Source: Abditibacterium sp.
GTDB taxonomy: Bacteria; Armatimonadota; Abditibacteriia; Abditibacteriales; Abditibacteriaceae
Assembly (NCBI GenBank): GCA_965246885.1
Contig: OZ251992.1
Coordinates: 480,001 to 544,000, forward strand
Direction of reading: 5' to 3'
DNA length: 64,000 nucleotides
Below the pieces are notes generated by a model, which saw nothing but the letters and a program-made list of their open reading frames with translations, was not told the origin of the DNA and did no database searches. Position 1 is the first letter of the stretch. Each line of letters begins with the position of its first letter. Positions 56,436-64,000 of the stretch are shown here, piece after piece. The position numbers and the translations under genes are program-made.

Positions 56436-56627
56436 GCCCGGCACAAAGAGGTGTGCGACACAAGTTCCTTCCGCATTTCCGCACGGACATCGGGGCGATT
56501 GCCCCTTAAATGGGCGGTTTTTCGGGGTAAACGGCGTCGCGCCCTAAAAGTGGCGTTAAACTGGCGCCATCTTCAATGGCGCCGGGGGGATGGGCCGCTC
56601 GGCGCTTCCCCTACGGGTGTTATCTCT

Positions 56628-57308
56628 ATGCCTCTTGCCGAAATTCACGTCACGCTCAAGCCCGCGCTTTTTGACGCGCAAGGACAAACCATCAAAAAGG
56701 CGCTCTTGCAGCTGGGGCACGCGGGCGTTTCCGACGTTCGCATCGGCAAATATATCACCGTCGAAGTGTCCGGCGACCCGCTTCTGATGCAGGACGAACT
56801 CGACCTGATGTGCCGCCAACTGCTCGCCAACCCGGTGATGGAGGACTACGAAATCACCTTTGCCGGGGCGCCGCAACCCGTCGCTCCGGCGCGGGCGGTC
56901 GAGAACCCGTCGGCGCCCGCGCCGGGGGCCGTCCTGCACAACCAAAGCGTCGGCGTAACGGCGGGGCGCATCACGGCGCCCTCATCGCAAGTGGCGGCGA
57001 GCGCGGCAGGCGGGGCCGAGCCGGTCTCAACCCCCGGCGGCGTCACCGACCCGTTTCAAGTGGATTTCCGCTCCTACGAAGCGATGCCCACCGACGCCAA
57101 GATGGGCCTGCGCACCCTTGCGCTACGCAAATACGGCACGTGGATTGAGGGCCAACTGCGGGGCCGCAAAGCCGCGTGGGTGTTGTGCTTGGGGCAGGAA
57201 GTCCTCGAAAGCGGCCCGACCATTGACTCGTATCCCTCCGACCAGCACCTGCTCAAGATGGGGATCCAATACGACCGCGTGCCTTGGGTGTTCACCAAAC
57301 CCAACTGA
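56628..57308 (+). CDS. purS: PurS fused to a Pro/Ala linker and an extra C-terminal domain
   Basis: VTLKPALFDAQGQTI, VRIGKYI, MCRQLLANPVMEDY, then about 150 extra aa. Confidence 0.88.
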   Translation: MPLAEIHVTLKPALFDAQGQTIKKALLQLGHAGVSDVRIGKYITVEVSGDPLLMQDELDLMCRQLLANPVMEDYEITFAGAPQPVAPARAVENPSAPAPGAVLHNQSVGVTAGRITAPSSQVAASAAGGAEPVSTPGGVTDPFQVDFRSYEAMPTDAKMGLRTLALRKYGTWIEGQLRGRKAAWVLCLGQEVLESGPTIDSYPSDQHLLKMGIQYDRVPWVFTKPN

Positions 57309-57326
57309 CACCGCGACCTCCTCACC

Positions 57327-58055
57327 ATGCACTTTGGCATCTTAGTTTTTCCCGGCACCAACTGCGAGCGCGACACCCTCCATGTCGTGACGGACGTGTT
57401 GGGCGAAACCGGCGCGCTCGTCTGGCATGAGGCGACCGACCTTTCGCCCTTCGACGCGGTCATCATCCCCGGCGGCTTCGCGCACGGCGACTACCTGCGC
57501 ACCGGCGCCGTCGCGCGTTTTTCACCGGTGATGGACTCGGTCGCTGAGTTCGCCGCCAACGGCAAGCCGGTGCTTGGCATTTGCAACGGCTTCCAGATTT
57601 TGTGCGAGGCGGGCCTCCTTCCCGGCGCGCTCCGGCGCAACTACAACTCGCATTTCATCTGCCGCGACGCCCACCTGCGCGTCGAATCGAACCGCAACCC
57701 GTTCCTGCACCTGACCAATGTCGGCGATATTTTGCGGATGCCCGTTCGTCACGGCGAGGGCTGCTACACGGTGGATGACGCCACGCTTGCGGGGATGGAA
57801 GCGCGCGGCCAAGTCGTGCTCCGCTACGTCAACCGGCGCGGCCAATTGGACGACGCGGCCAATCCCAATGGCAGCGTGTCGAACATCGCGGGCGTCTGTT
57901 CTGAGCGCGGCAACGTCTTGGCCCTCATGCCGCACCCCGAAGCCGCGAGCGAAATCCTGCTCGGCAGCGCCGACGGCTTGCGGATATTCGCCGCAATGAC
58001 GCGCGAACTCGACCCGACCCGCGCCACGCCCAAAGACCCCTTGATGGCGCTTTAA
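57327..58055 (+). CDS. purQ: FGAM synthase glutaminase subunit
   Basis: VFPGTNCE, PGGFAHGDYLR, GICNGFQIL, NPNGS, MPHPE. Confidence 0.97.
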   Translation: MHFGILVFPGTNCERDTLHVVTDVLGETGALVWHEATDLSPFDAVIIPGGFAHGDYLRTGAVARFSPVMDSVAEFAANGKPVLGICNGFQILCEAGLLPGALRRNYNSHFICRDAHLRVESNRNPFLHLTNVGDILRMPVRHGEGCYTVDDATLAGMEARGQVVLRYVNRRGQLDDAANPNGSVSNIAGVCSERGNVLALMPHPEAASEILLGSADGLRIFAAMTRELDPTRATPKDPLMAL

Positions 58056-58070
58056 AGAACCGCACAAATC

Positions 58071-58691
58071 ATGTCTACAGCCACTTCTGCTCCCCTTCGC
58101 CCCGCCGCGCGCCCGCGCTCGCGGGCGGCGTTCAAGTCCAATGATGGGCGCTTGCGCGTGGCGGATTGGGCCAAACTGCCCGAAACCAAGCCGCACTACG
58201 AACTCATTGACGGGATTCTCCAGCAGAAAATGCCGACACGACGCAGACACTCGCACGCCGCAGCCATGCTGCACTTCCTCTTGATGCAATGGGGATTGGA
58301 ACAGGGCTGGATGTTTTACACCGAAGGCACCGCCGTCCGCGCCGACCAGTTCAACGGCTTCATCCCCGACGTGAGCGGCTTCGCGCCGAACGTCACGCTC
58401 GACCCCGAAGCCGTCTACGAGCAAGCGCCCTTCTTGGTCGCCGAAGTCCTTTCCACGTCCACCGCCAAAGACGACCGCACCACGAAGATGGACGGCTACG
58501 CGCAGGCGGAAGTCGAGTTGTATTTGCTCATTGATACGAAGAAACGCGCGGTCGAGGTGTATCGTTTGCACGCAGGAGGCTACGGCGCGCCGGAAACCTT
58601 GAGGGGGGACAAGGTGTGGGCGCCCGCAGAACTGCCCGAACTGCGATTGGATTTGGCGCGTTTGTGGATGCCCGCGCGCCGGGGCAAATGA
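58071..58691 (+). CDS. Uma2 family endonuclease
   Basis: YELIDG, IPDVS, LVAEVLSTST..DR..K..YA, YLLID. Confidence 0.9.
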   Translation: MSTATSAPLRPAARPRSRAAFKSNDGRLRVADWAKLPETKPHYELIDGILQQKMPTRRRHSHAAAMLHFLLMQWGLEQGWMFYTEGTAVRADQFNGFIPDVSGFAPNVTLDPEAVYEQAPFLVAEVLSTSTAKDDRTTKMDGYAQAEVELYLLIDTKKRAVEVYRLHAGGYGAPETLRGDKVWAPAELPELRLDLARLWMPARRGK

Positions 58692-59101
58692 ACCGCATGG
58701 CGACTTGGCTTTTTAAAACCGAACCCGCGACCTACTCGTTCGCGGATTTGGAAAACGACGAACACACGATGTGGGATGGCGTCTCGAACGCCCTCGCCCT
58801 CAAATACCTGCGCGCCGTCGAAGATGGCGATACCGTCCTCGTCTACCACACCGGCGACGAGAAGCAAATTGTGGGCGTCGCCGAAATCTCGCGCGAGTGC
58901 TACCTGCCCGACGGCGAAACCGACCCCAAAAAAGCCGTCTGCGACATCTCCTTCGTGCGCTGGCTCGACGCCCCCATCACCCTCGCCCAAATCAAAGCCG
59001 AGCCGAGCTTAGCCGAGTGGGAGTTAGTGCGCCTCGCCCGCCTGTCCGTCGTCCCCGTCAGCGACGAAGTGTGGGATAAATTGCAGGTTTGGATGGGGTA
59101 A
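58688..59101 (+). CDS. EVE domain protein
   Basis: WLFKTEP..YS, WDGVSN, GD.VLVYHTG, IVGVAEI, RLSVVPV; start 58688 (ATGA overlap with Uma2 stop) or 58697. Confidence 0.92.
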   Translation: MNRMATWLFKTEPATYSFADLENDEHTMWDGVSNALALKYLRAVEDGDTVLVYHTGDEKQIVGVAEISRECYLPDGETDPKKAVCDISFVRWLDAPITLAQIKAEPSLAEWELVRLARLSVVPVSDEVWDKLQVWMG

Positions 59102-59109
59102 CAGCCGCC

Positions 59110-60027
59110 ATGAAAGTCGCCGACCTCGAAGAGCTATTCCGCCAACACAACCTGCAACGGCTAATTCCCCACCTGCCCGCGCTCGCGCGTCCCTCGATTC
59201 GGCTCCTTGAAACCGAGGACGTGGTGAGCGTGGGTTTGTCGCGTTTAGGCGGATTGCCGGAGGCGCCCGCAGGTTTCGTGTGGCCGCGCGTGCGCGATTG
59301 TTCCCCAGAATACTTGGGCGAAGGCGCCGACCCCGACGCGCCGCTCGCATTTTTGGGGCAGTTGAACTGGGCGCAGCTTAAACCGTTCGATGTCGAAAAT
59401 GTTTTGCCCGCGTCGGGCGGCGCGCTGTTCTTCGCGGGCTTTGGCGTGTGGTGCTACTTCGCAGCGTCGGTTGATTCGTTCGCGGCACCCGTCGCGGCCC
59501 CGACTGATTTGGCGAGCGTTCTGCCGGAATTACTTTTGGCGCCGCAGTTCGAGTGGACTCTCCCGGCTTACGGCTCGCACGGCACAATTGGGGGTGGAGA
59601 TATACGGAACTGCTTTGCCGATGTGTTCGCGCCCGAAACCGAGTTTTTGGAACTCAGCCGCGATGAGCAAGACGCCTATGACAAAGTGCGAGAGAGTCTT
59701 TCCCAACCTGAAAGGCGCCACATTCACCGCGTTTTGGGGCACCCTAACTACGAGCAAAACCCAATGGTCCTTGACTTAGAACGACAGGCGCGCGGTCTGA
59801 AACTCGACTACGAAACATACTCTACGCTGTGCGAGCCAGACGCGCCCCTCACCGTTGAACTCAAACAGCAAGCCGTCGAATCGAACTGGCAACTGGCGTT
59901 TCAGGTCGCGTGCTTCTGCGACGACGACGAACTCTGGGGCGACGGCGGCACTTACTACTTCTGGAACCGCGCCTGCGAGTTGCAACTCCCCCAACCTCGC
60001 TTTATCGGCGACGGGCAATGTGGCTAA
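59110..60027 (+). CDS. YwqG/DUF1963 family protein
   Basis: SRLGGLP, PLAFLGQLN, HRVLGHP..EQ, LAFQV, WGDGGTYYFW. Confidence 0.85.
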   Translation: MKVADLEELFRQHNLQRLIPHLPALARPSIRLLETEDVVSVGLSRLGGLPEAPAGFVWPRVRDCSPEYLGEGADPDAPLAFLGQLNWAQLKPFDVENVLPASGGALFFAGFGVWCYFAASVDSFAAPVAAPTDLASVLPELLLAPQFEWTLPAYGSHGTIGGGDIRNCFADVFAPETEFLELSRDEQDAYDKVRESLSQPERRHIHRVLGHPNYEQNPMVLDLERQARGLKLDYETYSTLCEPDAPLTVELKQQAVESNWQLAFQVACFCDDDELWGDGGTYYFWNRACELQLPQPRFIGDGQCG

Positions 60028-60048
60028 AACGGCGCGTCCGCGCGGCGT

Positions 60049-62328
60049 GTGCTAAACCCCAAGGACATCATGCTCGAAAAAGCCCGCGCTCTTGGAATGA
60101 CCGACGCCGAATACTCGCGCGTCACTGACACCCTGCAACGGGAACCGACGGCGACCGAATTAGCCATGATTTCGGTCGAGTGGAGCGAACACTGCGGCTA
60201 CCCGCGCTCCAAGAACCTGCTGCGCCTCCTGCCCAAAGACGGGCACTACGCTTCGATTGCGGGCGCGGACACGGGCGGCATCGAAGTCGAGCCGGGGTTA
60301 ACCGTTGTGTTCAAGATGGAATCGCACAACCACCCCTCGCAGGTCGAGCCGCGTCAGGGCGCAGCGACGGGGATTGGCGGCATCGTGCGCGACATCTTCA
60401 CCGTTGGCGCGCGGCCCATCGCCAACCTCAACTCCTTGCGCTTTGGCCTGCTCGACGACCCGCAACACGGCGCTAAGGCGCGCTACTTGTTCGGCGGCGT
60501 CGTGGACGGGATTTCCTTTTACGGCAACGCGATGGGCATACCCTGCGTCGCGGGCGAGGTCGCGTTCAACCCCAGTTATCGGGGCAACTGCTTGGTCGGC
60601 GCCATGAGCGTAGGCGTCGTCGCGTCCGATGCCATCGCGTCGAGCGCCGCGCAGGGGACGGGCAACCCCGTGATGTACTTCGGCAACGCGACGGGACGCG
60701 ACGGGATTGGCGGGTGTTCCATCCTCGCCTCGCATGAGATGAGCGACCTCGCCGCGCGCCCGACAGTTCAGGTCGGCGACCCGTTCTCCGAGAAGTGTTT
60801 GCTCGAAGCGACGCTCGAAGCCTTGGCCACCGGCGCAATGGTTTCGATGAAGGACATGGGCGCGGCGGGGCTGACTTGCACCACCTGCGAGCAGGCGGCG
60901 GACGGGATGCACCAGTTCGGCGAAAAAGTCGGCATGGACATCAACCTCGACTTCGTGCCCCTGCGCGAGACCGACATGGAAGCCTTCGAGATCATGATGA
61001 GCGAGTCGCAAGAGAGGATGCTGGGCGTCGTCCAGCGCGGGCGCGAAGCGGAAATCATCGCCATTTTCCAAAAGTGGAACACCAACGCCGCCGTCATCGG
61101 GCGCGTCACCAACGACGGCAACATCACCATCCGGCGGCACGGCGAAGTCGTCGCCAAGCTCGACGCCCTGTTTTTGGCCGACGCGCCGCGCTACGACCTG
61201 CCGCAGACCGAACCCGCCTATTTGCGCGAGCGCCACGCTTTCGACTTCAACCAACTGCCGCTTCCCAACGACTACAGCGCCGTGTTCTGGCAGTTGCTGA
61301 GCGCGCCTAACATCGCTTCCAAGGAGTGGGTGTATTCCCAATACGACCACATGGTCGGCACCAACACCGTCGTGCGCCCCGGCGAAGGCGACGCGGCGGT
61401 GCTGCGTCTCAAAGACTCGAAAGTCGGCAAGGGCTTGGCCGTCAAAGCGGACTGCAACTCGCGCTACGTGTTCCTCAACCCCGAACGCGGCGCGCAAATC
61501 GCCGTCGCCGAGTGCGCGCGCAACCTCGTCTGTGTCGGCGCGGAACCGGCGGGCGTCACGGACTGTTTGTGCTTTGGCAACCCCGAAAAGCCCGATCGCT
61601 TTTGGACTTTTGCGCGCGCCATCGACGGCATCGCCCGCGCTTGCCGCCACTTCCGCGTGCCCGTCGTGTCGGGCAACGTGTCGTTGTATAACGAGTCGCC
61701 CGACTCGGCGATTCATCCCTCGCCTCTCATCGGCATGGTCGGCGTCTTGCAAGACGTGAAGCAGCACATGGGTATGGGCCTGCGGCGCGACGGCGACTTG
61801 ATCATTCTCTTGGGGGATACGCGCGACGAATTGGGCGGGTCGGAATACCTTTTCACAACGCATGGCTTGGAAGAGGGCGACTGTCCCGCGCTTGATTTAG
61901 ACCGTGAACTGAACGTGCAGCGCCTCACCCTCGCGGCGATTCGGCGCGGCCTGATTCAATCGGCGCACGACTGCTCGGATGGCGGCTTGGCCATTGCGCT
62001 CGCGGAAATGTGCATCGCCGGAGAAGTCGGCGCTTCCATCGAACTGCCCGCCGAAGCCGAAGCCAGCCCCAATATCCGACTGGACGCGCTCCTCTTCGGC
62101 GAATCGCAAAGCCGCATCGTCGTCAGCATCGCGCGCGAAAGTTTGGAATCTCTTCGCACAATGGCCCGCCAAATCGGTGTCCCCTTCGCGTATCTGGGCA
62201 CCGTCGGCGGCGAGCGGTTCACGCTCGCCGACAACCGTATGGGCTTCTTGCGCCCGCTTATCAACTTGCCCATCACCGAAATGACCGGCGCTTATCGCGG
62301 CGCCATCGGGCGCATCATGAGCAAGTGA
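60049..62328 (+). CDS. purL: FGAM synthase subunit PurL
   Basis: WSEHCGY, KMESHNHPS, GAATGIGGIVRDI, DMGAAGL, SESQERM, VSGNVSLYN, SAHDCSDGGL. Confidence 0.97.
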   Translation: MLNPKDIMLEKARALGMTDAEYSRVTDTLQREPTATELAMISVEWSEHCGYPRSKNLLRLLPKDGHYASIAGADTGGIEVEPGLTVVFKMESHNHPSQVEPRQGAATGIGGIVRDIFTVGARPIANLNSLRFGLLDDPQHGAKARYLFGGVVDGISFYGNAMGIPCVAGEVAFNPSYRGNCLVGAMSVGVVASDAIASSAAQGTGNPVMYFGNATGRDGIGGCSILASHEMSDLAARPTVQVGDPFSEKCLLEATLEALATGAMVSMKDMGAAGLTCTTCEQAADGMHQFGEKVGMDINLDFVPLRETDMEAFEIMMSESQERMLGVVQRGREAEIIAIFQKWNTNAAVIGRVTNDGNITIRRHGEVVAKLDALFLADAPRYDLPQTEPAYLRERHAFDFNQLPLPNDYSAVFWQLLSAPNIASKEWVYSQYDHMVGTNTVVRPGEGDAAVLRLKDSKVGKGLAVKADCNSRYVFLNPERGAQIAVAECARNLVCVGAEPAGVTDCLCFGNPEKPDRFWTFARAIDGIARACRHFRVPVVSGNVSLYNESPDSAIHPSPLIGMVGVLQDVKQHMGMGLRRDGDLIILLGDTRDELGGSEYLFTTHGLEEGDCPALDLDRELNVQRLTLAAIRRGLIQSAHDCSDGGLAIALAEMCIAGEVGASIELPAEAEASPNIRLDALLFGESQSRIVVSIARESLESLRTMARQIGVPFAYLGTVGGERFTLADNRMGFLRPLINLPITEMTGAYRGAIGRIMSK

Positions 62329-62330
62329 GC

Positions 62331-62519
62331 GGGAAGCGTTGACATGGGCCGGTGAGCCGTTCACCGCCCTCTGTCCCTCCAGCGCCGGGCCGCGCGAACC
62401 AACGGCGCGGCGCGGCGAACCGTTCACCGGGGTGCGTGACTCATCCGCCGGGGTGCGTGGAAGCCTCCCGCGCCCCGGCGGAGCGTTCCCCCGCATCGCT
62501 GAGCAGTTCGCGCGCGTGC
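62331..62519. repeat. Degenerate 21-bp-periodic array at the purL/recN convergence
   Basis: Units such as GTGAGCCGTTCACCGCCCTCT, GCGAACCGTTCACCGGGGTGC, GTGACTCATCCGCCGGGGTGC; recN C-terminus reads into it. Confidence 0.55.
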
Positions 62520-64000
62520 CCCAAGTTCGCCTTGGACTCGCTGCCCATCATGCGCGCCAGTTCGACGACGCGGTTGTCGCCAACGAGCGGCACGACCGAC
62601 ACGCTGGTAAAGTCGCGGCCCGATTGCTTTTCGACGCGGAAGTGGTGGTCGGCGCGCTTGGCAATTTGCGGCAGGTGCGTGATGCAAAAAACTTGGTGGC
62701 CGCGCGCGATTTCTTGCATCTTTTCGCCGACTTTTTCCGCCGTGAGGCCGCCGATGCCGGTATCTACTTCGTCGAACACGACGATGGGCACGCCCGCGTC
62801 GTCATCGTCGGAGCCGCGTTTGTCGCGCAGGACGGAGCGAAGCGCGAGCATGACGCGCGAAATCTCGCCGCCCGACGCGATCTTGGCGAGGGGGCGCACC
62901 TCTTGGCCGGGGTTGGCGGAAAAGAGGAACTCGACCTTGTCCACGCCATCGTTCGAGCCGTTCTCGACGCGCCCGAAACCGATTTCAAGGCGCGCTTTGT
63001 CCATCGCCAAGCCACCTAACTCCGCGACGACGGCACTTGTAAACGCTTTGGCGAGCTTGTGGCGGGCGGCGGACAGCTTTTCGGCGTGCGCGAAGAACTC
63101 GGCGCGCAGCTTCTCGACTTCGGCTTTGAGTTGGCCAATTTGCTCATCGGACAGCGTGAGCGCCGCCATTTCGGTTTCGATGGCGGCGCGGTGTTCGAGG
63201 ACATCGGCCACGCTCGCGCCGTATTTGCGCTTCAAGCGGCCCAGCTTGTAAAGGCGCGCTTCGATCTCTTCCAAGCGGTGCGGGTCGGCGTCGAGCGAGT
63301 CGGCGTAATCGCGCGCGCTTTGGGCGGCGTCCTCGATTTCCAAGAGGGCGCTTTGCAGTTGGTCGGCCCAAACGGAAACGGCGCCGTCGAAGGCTTGAAT
63401 TTCTCTCGCGGATTTGAGGGCACGCTGGCCGAGCGAAACCGCGCCCGGTTCGTCGTCGCCCAAGAGCAAGTCGCGGCACAGCGCGGCGGCACTGCGCAGC
63501 TTCTCGGAGTTGGTTAATTTGGCTCGCTCCTCGTCCAAGCCCTCGTCTTCGCCCGCTTGCAGTTTGGCTTTGTCTATCTCCCCGGCTTGGAACTGGAGCA
63601 TGTCGAGGCGCTGGGCGCGGGCCTGTTCGTCGCGCGAGATTTCGTCCAAGCGGCGGCTCGCGTCGCGCCACGCGCGGTAAGCCTCGCGGGTCTTTGCGCG
63701 CAGTTGCCCATGCTTCGCGTCGCCAAAAGCGTCCAAAAATCCAAGGTGCGCTTCGGGGCGCAAGAGGTGCTGATTGGCGTGCTGACCGTGAAAGTCCACC
63801 AGCAGTTCGCCCAAGGCCGCGAGGGTTTGCGCCGTCGCCATGCGCCCGTTGAGGCGCACCTTGGAGCGCCCGCTCCGCTCGACTTCGCGCGCGATAATGA
63901 GGGAGTTGTCGTCGCTTTCTAATCCTTGCTCTTCCAAAAAGCGGCGCGCGCGGGGGGCATCGGACAGGTCGAAGGCGCCCTCGACGACGGCGCGCTCACT
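62441..64000 (-). CDS. recN: DNA repair protein RecN (5' end outside the window)
   Basis: DFHGQH, coiled coil, FSANPG..LAKIASGGEISRVML, FDEVDTGIGG, CITHLPQIA, ELARM. Confidence 0.96.
   Translation of the reverse strand, partial: SERAVVEGAFDLSDAPRARRFLEEQGLESDDNSLIIAREVERSGRSKVRLNGRMATAQTLAALGELLVDFHGQHANQHLLRPEAHLGFLDAFGDAKHGQLRAKTREAYRAWRDASRRLDEISRDEQARAQRLDMLQFQAGEIDKAKLQAGEDEGLDEERAKLTNSEKLRSAAALCRDLLLGDDEPGAVSLGQRALKSAREIQAFDGAVSVWADQLQSALLEIEDAAQSARDYADSLDADPHRLEEIEARLYKLGRLKRKYGASVADVLEHRAAIETEMAALTLSDEQIGQLKAEVEKLRAEFFAHAEKLSAARHKLAKAFTSAVVAELGGLAMDKARLEIGFGRVENGSNDGVDKVEFLFSANPGQEVRPLAKIASGGEISRVMLALRSVLRDKRGSDDDDAGVPIVVFDEVDTGIGGLTAEKVGEKMQEIARGHQVFCITHLPQIAKRADHHFRVEKQSGRDFTSVSVVPLVGDNRVVELARMMGSESKANLGHARELLSDAGERSAGAREASTHPGG

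Overview
High-GC bacterial chromosomal window, probably origin-proximal (parAB with two parS sites). The gene style (GntR/LacI regulator + DUF1559-type prepilin + glycoside hydrolase cassette, SLH and stalk-domain proteins) suggests Armatimonadota/Abditibacterium-like; this taxonomy is inference only. Housekeeping genes include parB/parA, glgC, eda, pepP, aspartokinase, wecB, uppP, rbsK, deoC, intein-containing dnaB, purD/S/Q/L and recN. Accessory content includes a sugar-utilisation cassette (29.4-37.6 kb) and a defence island (38.9-50.0 kb): type I R-M hsdM-hsdS-[hypothetical]-rloA-rloB-hsdR. The most striking item is at the end of that island: an uncharacterised 243-aa gene followed directly by a ~390-nt structured non-coding region holding two circularly permuted tRNA-like modules (T-arm, closed acceptor stem, D-arm; YrlA/Y-RNA-like topology) and no Ro60/TROVE gene in the window, i.e. 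a candidate new ribonucleoprotein system. The window also carries several REP-doublet/MITE-like palindromic elements and a dispersed set of 21-bp tandem arrays. All calls come from reading the sequence; no database searches were run.
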